Shown in pieces: positions 1 to 11,615 of a DNA stretch of 64,000 nucleotides. How positions within the stretch are numbered: position 1 is the first letter of the stretch; each line of letters begins with the position of its first letter. This DNA is from Laetmonice hystrix (lineage: Eukaryota), in contig OZ249444.1 in NCBI GenBank assembly GCA_965235115.1, positions 24,800,001 through 24,864,000 of the forward strand, written 5' to 3'. Under the pieces are notes generated by a model. That model had not been told where the DNA came from. It saw only the letters and a program-made list of their open reading frames with translations, and ran no database searches. A program made the translations under genes and the position numbers.

Positions 1-504
1 CAGATCCAGGTTCAACACTAATTGTTATCCTGAATCTACAAACAAATGCTTCACATCCAGGTTCAACACTAACTGTTATCCTAAATCTACAAACAAATGC
101 TTCAGATCCAGGTTCAACACTAATTGTTATCCTAAATCTACAAACAAATGCTTCAGATCCAGGTTCAACATTAATTGTTATCCTAAATCTACAAACAAAT
201 GCTTCAGATCCAGGTTCAACACTAATTGTTATCCTAAATCTACAAACAAATGCTTCAGATCCAGGTTCAACACTAATTGTTATCCTAAATCTACAAACAA
301 ATGCTTCAGATCCAGGTTCAACATTAATTGTTATCCTAAATCTACAAACAAATGCTTCAGATCCAGGTTCAACACTAATTGTTATCCTAAATCTACAAAC
401 AAATGCTTCAGAGCCAGGTTCAACACTAATTGTTATCCTAAATCTACAAACAAATGCTTCAGATCCAGGTTCAACACTAATTGTTATCCTAAATCTACAA
501 ACAA
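1..504. repeat. 51-bp tandem repeat, ~10 copies, truncated by window start
   Basis: Unit CAGATCCAGGTTCAACACTAATTGTTATCCTAAATCTACAAACAAATGCTT recurs with period 51. Confidence 0.95.
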
Positions 505-579
505 AAATTGTACACAGAACCTGTCTCCGTCAAGTTTGTACACAGAACCTGTCTCCGTCAAGTTTGTACACAGAACCTG

Positions 580-2035
580 ACCCAATCAGTATTAACTGTT
601 GGACATGTCGTAACGAACGGAAACCCTGAGACCAATCAGTATTAACTGTTGGACATGTCGTAACGAACGGAAACCCTGAGACCAATCAGTATTAACTGTT
701 GGACATGTCGTAATGAACGGAAACCCCGACACCAATCAGTATTAACTGTTGGACATGTCGTAACGAACGGAAACCCTGACCCAATCAGTATTAACTGTTG
801 GACATGTCGTAACGAACGGAAACCCTGACACCAATCAGTATTAACTGTTGGACATGTAACAAACGGAAACCCCGACACCAATCAGTATTAACTGTTGGAC
901 ATGTCGTAACGAACGGAAACCCCGACACCAATCAGTATTAACTGTTGGACATGTCGTAACGAACGGAAACCCCGACACCAATCAGTATTAACTGTTGGAC
1001 ATGTCGTAACGAACGGAAACCCTGAGACCAATCAGTATTAACTGTTGGACATGTCGTAACGAACGGAAACCCTGAGACCAATCAGTATTAACTGTTGGAC
1101 ATGTAACGAACGTAAACCCTGACACCAATCAGTATTAACTGTTGGACATGTAACGAACGGAAACCCTGACACCAATCAGTATTAACTGTTGGACATGTAA
1201 CGAACGGAAACCCCGACACCAATCAGTATTAACTGTTGGACATGTCGTAAAGAACGGAAACCCTGAGACCAATCACTGAATCAGTATTAACTGTTGGACA
1301 TGTAACGAACGGAAACCCTGAGACCAATCAGTATTAACTGTTGGACATGTAACGAACGGAAACCCTGAGACCAATCAGTATTAACTGTTGGACATGTAAC
1401 GAACGGAAACCCTGAGACCAATCAGTATTAACTGTTGGACATGTCGTAATGAACGGAAACCCCGACACCAATCAGTATTAACTGTTGGACGTGTCGTAAC
1501 GAACGGAAACCCCGACACCAATCAGTATTAACTGTTGGACATGTCGTAACGAACGGAAACCCTGAGACCAATCAGTATTAACTGTTGGACATGTCTTAAC
1601 GAACGGAAACCCTGAGACCAATCACTGAATCAGTATTAACTGTTGGACATGTAACGAACGGAAACCCTGAGACCAATCAGTATTAACTGTTGGACATGTC
1701 GTAAAGAACGGAAACCCTGAGACCAATCACTGAATCAGTATTAACTGTTGGACATGTAACGAACGGAAACCCTGAGACCAATCAGTATTAACTGTTGGAC
1801 ATGTAACGAACGGAAACCCTGAGACCAATCAGTATTAACTGTTGGACATGTCGTAACGAACGGAAACCCTGAGACCAATCAGTATTAACTGTTGGACATG
1901 TAACGAACGGAAACCCTGAGACCAATCAGTATTAACTGTTGGACATGTCGTAACGAACGGAAACCCTGACACCAATCAGTATTAACTGTTGGACATGTCG
2001 TAACGAACGGAAACCCTGACACCAATCGGTATTAA
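580..2035. repeat. 50/47-bp minisatellite, ~29 copies
   Basis: Unit CCAATCAGTATTAACTGTTGGACATGT(CGT)AACGAACGGAAACCCTGAGA; a few copies carry an extra CACTGAAT. Preceded by a short 28-bp x3 repeat at ~509-579. Confidence 0.95.
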
Positions 2036-2881
2036 CTGAGCTGACAGCGGGGGCCGCCACAGAGTGTCGATAACCTGTTGGACATGTCGTAACACGTGCC
2101 CCTCCGCCGTTACTCACAGAACAGGCCCAGCGTAACCCCCCCCCCCCCCCCCTACACCCCCGCCCCGTGGCTGTCCCTCAGGTGGGCCGACCCACCCTGA
2201 CTGGACCCCCCACCTGACTGCAGGGCGATACCTGTGTGGGTGGGAGTGTGTTAGACCTCCCGCCTACCTAACAATACATCACGCATGCTGCCGTCACCAG
2301 ACACAGTGACCAACATGTTTCGACAAAGGCTTCATACAGGCATTGTCCAGTAAACAACCACCCAGGACCACCCACTGAGCCTACTGGGGGGAACAGTCAG
2401 AAAATCGCCAACCCACACGGCAACCACAGGTGTCTGTGTCCACTCGGGGTCAGAGAGGCCAGAGACGGTCTCACGGACTGGATTATCCACCTTGGATTAC
2501 GTCAGAGACGGTCTCACGGACGGGATTATCCACTTTGGATTACGTATGACACATGGGAACAACAACCGGTTTGTTGACTTGCTTACAGTGATCACCTAGG
2601 ATCAAAACGCCTGGGTGAAATATACTTCTACCAAAGATTGGCGATCAGTTAGTGGGCCGTGCTGCCTCGCATCATGTACAGTACAAGGTACTCGATCAGT
2701 TAGTGGGCCGTGCTGCCTCGCCTCTGCCTTGTACAGCACAAGGTACTCGATCGAGTATTTAGGAAGTTTTTGAACAGCGACAGCAGAGACTAAGTTTATT
2801 AGGTCACACAACATGGACGATTCGACACCAGTACCGTGGATGGAGAATAGAATGTATACTGTCTGAAAGTACCTTCAATGA

Positions 2882-3120
2882 TACTGAAAACCTTACATCC
2901 AGATCGGGCAACCATTTCTCTGACCAAGGCCTGGAATCACTGCGTCCTGAAGTTAACGGCTACTAGCGACACAGCACGACTCTGTACGAGTACCACAAGG
3001 TACTGAAAACCTTACATCCAGATCAGGCAACCATTTCTCTGACCAAGGCCTGGAATCAATGCGTCCTGAAGTTAACGGCTACCAGCGACACAGCACGACT
3101 CTGTACGAGTACCACAAGGT
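2882..3120. repeat. ~120-bp direct duplication (2 copies)
   Basis: TACTGAAAACCTTACATCCAGATC...GAGTACCACAAGGT occurs at 2882 and again at 3001. Confidence 0.9.
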
Positions 3121-3676
3121 ATAGAATAGTGAGTTAGAGCAGCGTTCGACCGAGTGCTAAAATCACAACACGTGTGTGGCCAAAGTTCAGTGGTATCAGC
3201 CAAGCCAGTACATTTATTGGCTGTATTACCCGTATAGCGGGAGACTGAAGACACCATACTGATATACATGTATATGTGAATCTACAAGGATATAACTTCT
3301 CACTGTAAGCCTCTCATCGTCACTAGGGAACCGTGATTAGTTGACCACAGCTCGTTAACTGTTCACTAAACTGTTCACTAAAATAGGTCAGCTGTCACAT
3401 AACTGCTCACTGCAAGCCTTCCATCGTCACTAAGAAACCGTGATTAGTTGACCACAGCTCGTTCATCCCTCCGAGACGGGTATTTTGATATCAACCTCAA
3501 GGACGAAGATAATTGTGGACTGATTACGTGTCTTAGTCACAGCCATAACAGATTCCTGTGTATGAAACAACAAGCAAACTAATTAACACATCAAACTAAT
3601 TAACACATCAAACTAATTAACAACATCAAACTGGTCGCAGAGTCCCTGACAAAACGTCACATCGTTGTACCTGAAG

Positions 3677-5656
3677 ATGGCAGCAGGGGGCGCCACCGAG
3701 GAGTTGACCCAGAATATTCGGGATCAGTTCCTATGTTGTAAGATCTGCCTGGACGGACTCAAGATGCCGAAAACACTGCCCTGTCTGCACACCTTCTGTG
3801 CCGACTGTATCGGCTACTACATTGAGCACAACCGTCTCGACTCCCGCAAGTTCTGCTGCCCAATATGTCGGCGTCAAATCTACATCCCTAAGAATGGCGT
3901 CCAAGGGTTTCCAGATAGTTTCTTTGTGGCCAGTCTGTCAGATATTGTGGAGCAAACGACGAGCGAGAGACTGTGTGGTATTTGTAAGTTCAAGGCCCAC
4001 CAGGTTGAAGCAGCCATGCTGTGTGTGGAGTGTAAGACGGAGTTGTGTGACGAGTGTGGTACTGCCCACCACTCCGCCAAGGTTACTCAAGGTCATACCC
4101 TCCTCCCACTGGACCAAGGATCGTCCACAAACCGTGAGAATTATTGTCGGATTCACAGGGGAGAAACCATCAAATATTACTGTGAGACGTGTAACAGTCC
4201 TATCTGTTTACCCTGCACTTTCCTCGACCACAAGGGGCACCAGGTTGAAGAGATCAAGAATGTTCGCAGCAACTTCACCGCCGACATGGCTGAGCTTGTC
4301 CTTCACAGCAAGGACGGCATCATGCAGCTCACCCAGTCCAAGGCAGACCTCCTTGAGCTGGAGAATGAGCTCTTCCTCCGCAAGGACCAGAACAAGATTG
4401 AGATACGACGAGCTGTTCAGGACACCATTCGAGTTGTGCAAGACCATGAAGCCAAGCTAATCAGTGAATTAGACTCGTTTTATGATATTGTCAATGTAAG
4501 TCGTGACCGCCAGAAACTTGAGCGAACCATATACCGTTTGGAGAGGGCTCATGATTTTGCCGAGCAGCTGATGTCGACGAACACGTCCCCCATCACTCAG
4601 CTTGTGAATCGAGCTGAAGCTAAGGACAGCCTGCAGCAAGCCCTCATGTACGAGCTACCAGACATCACTGTACACAGCGATAAGCTTGATAGCTATGCTT
4701 ACTTCTTGCCAGGTAAGCTCAAGGTTGAGCTGGGGACCCTGCTGAAGTGTTGCAGTCTGCTCTCAAACACTGTGTCTGCTCTCCGCCCGATACTGCCCGC
4801 CACACGGGCTGTGTACCTGCACACTCTCAGGCTTGGCCGTGGTTCTGCTGGTTCCAACCTCGGCGAGGTGGTCGGGCTTACCTTCCTTAAAACAGGAGAT
4901 CTGGCCGTCCTGCTCAGTGCATCCAAGAAGGTGAAGATCTTTGATAAACGTGGGAAACTGAAGTTTGAGTTTGGTGATGATGATGAACTTATGCACCCCA
5001 GTGACATCGCAGCGACCCCTGGCGGTAAGATTGCTGTGGCTGACTGTGGTTTGTTCTGTATCCAGATCTTTGACGTGTTCGGGGACCTCCGAGGGTCATT
5101 CGGAGGGAATGACGTGTTTACTCTGCCAATATCTCTGGCTATAGACCAGGTCGGGAAGTTTCTGGTGTGTGACCAAGTCCGGCAGAGAGTCACAATCCAC
5201 ATGGATGACGGAACCCTTCTCAAAGCTATCGATATCCCGGAGATACATAACCCACAGTATATCTGTTGTCATAGCAACATGGTGTACATCTGTGACAGTG
5301 AGAATAATGTGGTCACCATGTACAGTTACCGTGACAGTCTTCAGTTTATTGTTAAACTGACAACACCATCTGAGGCGGCGGATGGTCAGTTTCTGGACTG
5401 TTCCGGGGTTAGTACTGACCACTGTGGTAACCTTCTAATCTCTGACCTTCTCCTTGACCGCTTACACATGGTGAACACCAGGGGAGAAATTGGTCACATT
5501 GTATCGTCAGGAAAAACCATGCTGCGTCCATCATGTACAGCGACCTCTGGTGACCAACTCTTGGCTGTGGCCCAGCAGGGAGTGGACACCTTAGATACTG
5601 ACGGACCTAACTATACCGAGATCTGTGTCTACAGGATGGTACGGGCAGACAGCTAG
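3677..5656 (+). CDS. Intronless TRIM-NHL protein (RING-B1-B2-coiled coil-NHL; TRIM2/3/56/71-like E3 ubiquitin ligase), 659 aa
   Basis: ATG in good Kozak context (gaagATGG) at 3677; the ORF track starts at an upstream TTG. C3HC4 RING (CKIC..PCLHTFCADC..CPIC), B-box 1 (CGIC..CVEC..CDEC..H..H), B-box 2 (CRIH..CETC..ICLPC..DHKGH), a helical region, then NHL-like repeats (LMHPSDIA, FTLPISLAID, NPQYIC, RPSCTA). No clear filamin domain, so the orthologue is unassigned. Confidence 0.93.
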   Translation: MAAGGATEELTQNIRDQFLCCKICLDGLKMPKTLPCLHTFCADCIGYYIEHNRLDSRKFCCPICRRQIYIPKNGVQGFPDSFFVASLSDIVEQTTSERLCGICKFKAHQVEAAMLCVECKTELCDECGTAHHSAKVTQGHTLLPLDQGSSTNRENYCRIHRGETIKYYCETCNSPICLPCTFLDHKGHQVEEIKNVRSNFTADMAELVLHSKDGIMQLTQSKADLLELENELFLRKDQNKIEIRRAVQDTIRVVQDHEAKLISELDSFYDIVNVSRDRQKLERTIYRLERAHDFAEQLMSTNTSPITQLVNRAEAKDSLQQALMYELPDITVHSDKLDSYAYFLPGKLKVELGTLLKCCSLLSNTVSALRPILPATRAVYLHTLRLGRGSAGSNLGEVVGLTFLKTGDLAVLLSASKKVKIFDKRGKLKFEFGDDDELMHPSDIAATPGGKIAVADCGLFCIQIFDVFGDLRGSFGGNDVFTLPISLAIDQVGKFLVCDQVRQRVTIHMDDGTLLKAIDIPEIHNPQYICCHSNMVYICDSENNVVTMYSYRDSLQFIVKLTTPSEAADGQFLDCSGVSTDHCGNLLISDLLLDRLHMVNTRGEIGHIVSSGKTMLRPSCTATSGDQLLAVAQQGVDTLDTDGPNYTEICVYRMVRADS

Positions 5657-6842
5657 AATACATCGTGATCTACAGGATGGTACGGGCAGACAGCTAGAAT
5701 ACATCGTGATCTACGGGATGGTACGGGCAGACAGCTAGAATACATCGTGATCTACGGGATGGTACGGGCAGACAGCTAGAATACATCGTGATCTACGGGA
5801 TGGTACGGGCTGACAGCTAGAATACATCGTGATCTACGGGATGGTACGGGCAGACAGTTAGAATACATCGTGATCTACGGGATGGTACGGGCAGACGGCT
5901 AGAATACATCGTGATCTACAGGATGGTACGGGCAGACAGCTAGAATACATCGTGATCTACGGGATGGTACGGGCAGACGGCTAGAATACATCGTGATCTA
6001 CAGGATGGTACGGGCAGACAGTTAGAATACATCGTGATCTACAGGATGGTACGGGCAGACAGTTAGAATACATCGTGATCTACGGGATGGTACGGGCAGA
6101 CGGCTAGAATACATCGTGATCTACAGGATGGTACGGGCAGACAGTTAGAATACATCGTGATCTACGGGATGGTACGGGCAGACGGCTAGAATACATCGTG
6201 ATCTACAGGATGGTACGGGCAGACGGCGAGAATACATCGTGATCCAAGTTACACCGAGATCTGTGTCTACAGGATGGTACGGGCTGACGGCGAGAAAACA
6301 TCGTGATCTACAGGATGGTATGGGCAGACGGCGAGAATACATCGTGATCTACAGGATGGTACGGGCAGACAGCGAGAATACATCGTGATCTATGGAATGG
6401 TACGGGCTGACGGCTAGAATACATCGTGATCTACAGGATAGTACGGGCAGACGGCGAGAATACATCGTGATCTACAGGATGGTACGGGCAGACAGCAAGA
6501 ATATATCGTGATCTACGGGATGGTACAGGCAGACGGCTAGAATACATCCTGATCTACAGGATGGTACGGGCAGACAGCTAGAATACATCGTGATCTATGG
6601 GATGGTACGGGCTGACGGCGAGAATACATCGTGATCTACGGGATGGTATGGGCAGACAGCTAGAATACATCGTGATCTACAGGATGGTACGGGCAGACGG
6701 CTAGAATACATCGTGATCTACGGGATGGTACGGGCAGACGGCTAGAATACATCGTGATCTACGGGATGGTACGGGCTGACGGCGAGAATACATCGTGATC
6801 TACGGGATGGTACGGGCTGACGGCGAGAATACATCGTGATCC
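5630..6842. repeat. 41-bp minisatellite, ~29 copies, whose first unit is the TRIM gene's last codons and stop
   Basis: Unit TACAGGATGGTACGGGCAGACAGCTAGAATACATCGTGATC; the TAG at 5654-5656 lies inside copy 1. Confidence 0.95.
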
Positions 6843-7035
6843 AAGACTGGTTTACATCTCACACTGACACTAACCAAGTCACATGTACTTGTCATTTCTG
6901 AGAGAATCCATGTGAATAACTCCAACTGTGGGCTCCACACGATGTGGACTGGGAGCTATGTTTATTGACAAAAGTACCCCACAGATTTCTTTCTACTTTA
7001 GAAAAAGGGAACATTGTATTTAAATACAGCAGCAG

Positions 7036-7041
7036 AATAAA
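7036..7041 (+). terminator. Candidate polyadenylation signal for the TRIM gene
   Basis: First AATAAA after the TRIM stop and the 41-bp array. Position only, no transcript evidence. Confidence 0.35.
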
Positions 7042-7071
7042 AGATCATTACTTGTGAAACCTAGTACTTCT

Positions 7072-7616
7072 TTTACCTGAAGTACCTGGATGCCTTATCT
7101 TGGTATATTTACACTAAGAATGCCGTGGGTTTGTAATAAATACCACGGTAACTCATCCATAGACCTGGGTACAGCTGCCCTAACTAACCCTTTACCTGAA
7201 GTACCTGGATGCCTTATCTTGGTATATTTACACTAAGAATGCCGTGGGTTTGTAATAAATACCACGGTAACTCATCCATAGACCTGGGTACAGCTGTCCT
7301 AACTAACCCTTTACCTGAAGTACCTGGATGCCTTATCTTGGTATATTTACACTAAGAATGCCGTGGGTTTGTAATAAATACCACGGTAACTCATCCATAG
7401 ACCTGGGTACAGCTGCCCTAACTAACCCTTTACCTGAAGTACCTGGATGCCTTATCTTGGTATATTTACACTAAGAATGCCGTGGGTTTGTAATAAATAC
7501 CACGGTAACTCATCCATAGACCTGGGTACAGCTGTCCTAACTAACCCTTTACCTGAAGTACCTGGATGCCTTATCTTGGTATATTTACACTAAGAATGCC
7601 GTGGGTTTGTAATAAA
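7072..7616. repeat. 119-bp tandem repeat, ~4.5 copies
   Basis: TTTACCTGAAGTACCTGG... starts at 7072, 7191, 7310 and onward; each unit contains AATAAA. Confidence 0.95.
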
Positions 7617-7644
7617 GTTGAGAAGATTTACATATTGTACTCAC

Positions 7645-7743
7645 TGTTTCCTTCATTTGAATCTGGTTAATCTTTATTCTGAACAATTTGTGCTTGAAGT
7701 CATTGTTAAAGATGAAGTGGTCAGAGTCCTCCACATCTTTCCC
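7645..7743 (-). CDS. CUL4: Cullin-4 exon (GKDVEDSDHFIFNNDFKHKLFRIKINQIQMKET), last CUL4 exon found in the window
   Basis: tttacag acceptor and gtgagt donor, 99 nt, phase 0/0. Closely matches the CUL4 motif FKHKLFRIKINQIQMKET as I recall it from human CUL4A/B. Confidence 0.95.
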
Positions 7744-7934
7744 CTGTAAACCAAACATAACAACGATCTAAGACGAGTACTTGTATACACCAATCACAAC
7801 ATTTCTACTTTGTAATGAAGTTCTGGGAACACGTACTTCATTTTAAACGATGTAACCTATGTTACACAACGACACTAAATAAGAAATACTGAAAGGAAAT
7901 AGAAGTTGAGACGACAGTGAATTGACTGATATAC

Positions 7935-8008
7935 CTTTGGGGTTTTGTTGAGTACTCGGGCCTTACCACAGGCCAGTGACTGTAGCGTTCGTCTTAACTC
8001 GCCCTCCT
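7935..8008 (-). CDS. CUL4: Cullin-4 exon ((E)[24 protein letters not shown])
   Basis: tttcag acceptor and gtatat donor, 74 nt, phase 1/0. Contains the cullin motif [13 protein letters not shown]. Confidence 0.95.
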
Positions 8009-8314
8009 CTGAAATAACAACAGCGGTTTCATCAGTACCCGCTAGGCGGCACATCGACGGGAGGCCTTTCTACCCCACCAGGGGGCGTTCAGTACATTCT
8101 ACCACCTACAGGATCCTCCCAAGTTTTAAAAGCCATCTACATGTACGTGTACATGTACATGTATATGTACAAACACATATCGGTGATTTGCATCGATCTG
8201 TCCAATTTTCCCAGGACATCTGTATTTGTAAGGGTGGGGTATTAGTGAATGTGTGGGGTGGAGACGGTTCACATGGGAAACAGTCTTGTGCTTGCCCTCC
8301 AGAATTCATCTTCT

Positions 8315-8480
8315 TCCATACAAAATCTAAACTCTCCTCAATGACCGTTCATTGCAAAATACAAAATCCAAACTCTCCTCAATGACCGTTCATTGCAAAA
8401 TACAAAATACAAACTCTCCTCAATGACTGTTCATTGCAAAATACAAAATCCAAACTCTCCTTAATGACCGTTCATTGCAA
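8315..8480. repeat. 41-bp tandem repeat, ~4 copies
   Basis: CAAAATCCAAACTCTCCTCAATGACCGTTCATTGCAAAATA. Confidence 0.9.
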
Positions 8481-8856
8481 AATCTTATTTTCAAGTTTAG
8501 TAACGCCCTGACCACTGAATGAAAGACAAAAATCTTCTAGGGCCTGTGCACATCCCTGGCCTGTAAAAGCCTTCGGCCTCACAAATATCGGCCATCTGCC
8601 GGGTGTGAAGGTGTGAACGTCTGCTGCAGGAGATAAGAGGCGGCCATCATGCTCGAGTAGAGATAGCTGACTGACTGAGTTACTGAGCCTACAGTGTAAT
8701 GGCTGTGCTCCCCTCACATTGCAAGGTGATTTATAGACAGTAAATCTGGTCTTAGACCTGTGTGAGCTCAGACAGGCTTCATCCCATTCCTGGCTCCAAC
8801 AAGCTTTCATCATTATGCCACTTTGGTTACAAGATCCTTCAACTCTCTCACACATA

Positions 8857-9732
8857 AACTTTGAGAGTCATTTCTCAATCTACTACAACATGATACATGC
8901 ATACTATGTTCTACGTCCTGTAAGTCACATAAACTGTGAGAGTCATTTCTCTACTACAACATGATACATGCATACTATGTTCTACGTCCTGTAAGTCACA
9001 TAAACTTTGAGAGTCATTTCTCAATCTACTACAACATGATACATGCATACTATGTTCCACGTCCTGTAAGTCACATAAACTTTGAGAGTCATTTCTCAAT
9101 ATACTACAACATGATACATGCATACTATGTTCTACGTCCTGTAAGTCACATAAACTTTGAGAGTCATTTCTCAATATACTACAACATGATACATGCATAC
9201 TATGTTCTACGTCCTGTAAGTCACATAAACTGTGAGAGTCATTTCTCAATCTACTACAACATGATACATGCATACTATGTTCTACGTCCTGTAAGTCACA
9301 TAAACTTTGAGTCATTTCTCAATATACTACAACATGATACATGCATACTATGTTCTACGTCCTGTAAGTCACATAAACTTTGAGAGTCATTTCTTAATCT
9401 ACTACAACATGATACATGCATACTATGTTCTACGTCCTGTAAGTCACATAAACTTTGAGAGTCATTTCTCTACTACAACATGATACATGCATACTATGTT
9501 CTACGTCCTGTAAGTCACATAAACTTTGGGAGTCATTTCTTAATCTACTACAACATGATACATGCATACTATGTTCTACGTCCTGTAAGTCACATAAACT
9601 GTGAGAGTCATTTCTCAATCTACTACAACATGATACATGCATACTATGTTCTACGTCCTGTACGTCACATAAACTTTGAGTCATTTCTCTACTACAACAT
9701 GATACATGCATACTATGTTCTACGTCCTGTAA
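8857..9732. repeat. ~75-bp minisatellite, ~12 copies
   Basis: The periodic ORF MIHAYYVLRPVSHINFESHFSIYYN reflects a 75-bp unit with small deletion variants. Confidence 0.95.
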
Positions 9733-9797
9733 GTTAGTTGTTAACGTATTCTGGTAGGGTCACATCAACCCCTAGGCCTAACAGGAGATGGACCTAC

Positions 9798-9903
9798 CAA
9801 TGGCGGTGGCTTGTTTCATGTCATCAAAGGTCAGGTCATCACAGTCGTTAAAGAGCAGCAGACACAGCGTCTGGAACAGCGACACCTGGAGCTCTTTCTT
9901 ACC
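9798..9903 (-). CDS. CUL4: Cullin-4 exon ([35 protein letters not shown])
   Basis: cttttctcttctccag acceptor and gtaggt donor, 106 nt, phase 0/1. Contains [11 protein letters not shown]. Confidence 0.95.
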
Positions 9904-10672
9904 CTGGAGAAGAGAAAAGTTGACAAATAAAACCCTGGAGGAGAGAAAAACTGACAATTTATAAAACCCTGGAGGAGAGAAAAACTGACAAATAAACCCC
10001 TGGAGGAGAGAAAAACTGACAATTTATAAAACCCTGGAGGAGAGAAAAACTGACAATTTATAAAACCGTGGAGGAGAGAAAAACTGATAAATAGAACCTT
10101 GGAGGAGAGAAAAACTGACAATTTATAAAACCCTGGAGGAGAGAAAAACTGACAAATAAACCCCTGGAGGAGAGAAAAACTGACAAATAAACCCCTGGAG
10201 GAGAGAAAAACGGACAAATAAAACCCTGGAGGAGAGAAAAACTGACAATTTATAAAACCCTGGAGGAGAGAAAAACTGACAAATAAACCCCTGGAGGAGA
10301 GAAAAACTGACAAATAAACCCCTGGAGGAGAGAAAAACTGACAATTTATAAAACCCTGGAGGAGAGAAAAACTGACAATTTATAAAACCCTGGAGGAGAG
10401 AAAAACTGATAAATAGAACCTTGGAGGAGAGAAAAACTGACAATTTATAAAACCCTGGAGGAGAGAAAAACTGACAAATAAACCCCTGGAGGAGAGAAAA
10501 ACTGACAAATAAAACCCTGGAGGAGAGAAAAACTGACAAATAAAACCCAGGAGGAGAGAAAAACTGACAAATAAACCCCTGGAGGAGAGAAAAACTGACA
10601 ATTTATAAAACCCTGGAGGAGAGAAAAACTGACAAATAAAACCCTGGAGGAGAGAAAAACTGACAAATAAAA
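9904..10672. repeat. 31/34-bp minisatellite made of the CUL4 3' splice site, ~23 copies
   Basis: Minus-strand unit TTT(ATAA)ATTGTCAGTTTTTCTCTCCTCCAGGGT; the genuine acceptor is the terminal copy. Confidence 0.93.
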
Positions 10673-10789
10673 ACAACATTCCCAGAAACATTTAAGACAT
10701 TCATAAAAATCCAGTAACCATGGTTACAATAACCACAGTTACAGTAACCACGGTTGCAATAACCACGGCTACAATAGCACCAAACTCAC

Positions 10790-10903
10790 CCCTGAGAAGT
10801 CGGCCTTGAGCACACAGTGGCCGAGGGTCGGCTGCCACTGGAGTTTACGGCCACTGTGTTTTCCCAGGTAAAACTTCTTAAATATTTCCTGGTACTTCAC
10901 CAT
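10790..10903 (-). CDS. CUL4: Cullin-4 exon ([38 protein letters not shown])
   Basis: ttttcag acceptor and gtgagt donor, 114 nt, phase 0/0. Contains [10 protein letters not shown]. Confidence 0.96.
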
Positions 10904-11152
10904 CTGAAAAAACATAAATTATTCACGATTTCCCGAGAGCAAAGGAATATAACCCGCAGCAAGTTCTCGCTGGCCAGTAAAGAGACAAAGGTCCCTAAAT
11001 GCATACAAGCTGGCTATATTTATGTCATATACCGTATCTGTACCGAGCAGGACTGTTTATATTGTTTTACAACTACCATAACTTACCATTATACATGATA
11101 CAACATCAGTTTGATAGAAAGTATTAATGCAGCAGCTAACAGTATGACGCCC

Positions 11153-11478
11153 GATGGGTAGGTGACGGTGGCTAGGACAGTATCAGGTGTAGCCCTGGGT
11201 GGTGGGTAGGTGACGGTGGCTAGGACAGTATCAGGTGTAGCCCTGGGTGGTGGGTAGGTGACGGTGGCTAGGACAGTATCAGGTGTAGCTGGGTGGTGGG
11301 TAGGTGACGGTGGCTAGGACAGTATCAGGTGTAGCCCTGGGTGGTGGGTAGGTGACGGTGGCTAGGACAGTATCAGGTGTAGCCCTGGGTGGTGGGTAGG
11401 TGACGGTGGCTAGGACAGTATCAGGTGTAGCCCTGGGTGGTGGGTAGGTGACGGTGGCTAGGACAGTATCAGGTGTAG
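11153..11478. repeat. 48-bp G-rich minisatellite, ~7 copies
   Basis: GGGTGGTGGGTAGGTGACGGTGGCTAGGACAGTATCAGGTGTAGCCCT; ends ~10 nt from the CUL4 donor at 11488. Confidence 0.93.
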
Positions 11479-11488
11479 TGGTAATTAC

Positions 11489-11596
11489 CTGAGAGGGAAG
11501 GTGGACGTCCATGGCTGTGTAGGTGGGCCAGTACCCCATCGTCAGTATGTTAACCGTCAGGTCTATGCCACCCGGAGCCTCCAGGTAATGCATGTG
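11489..11596 (-). CDS. CUL4: Cullin-4 exon ([36 protein letters not shown])
   Basis: tttgtttcag acceptor and gtaatt donor, 108 nt, phase 0/0. Contains [15 protein letters not shown]. Confidence 0.96.
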
Positions 11597-11615
11597 CTGA
11601 AACAAAAACATAAAA

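Noticed and set aside
2036-3660. Search for CUL4 C-terminal exons and the DRQ-containing ORF at 2602-2814
   Set aside because: The sequence does not match the cullin winged-helix region; the DRQ arises from a small local duplication.
3665-3676. TTG start given by the ORF track for the TRIM gene
   Set aside because: The ATG at 3677 has a strong Kozak context; alternative bacterial-type starts do not apply here.
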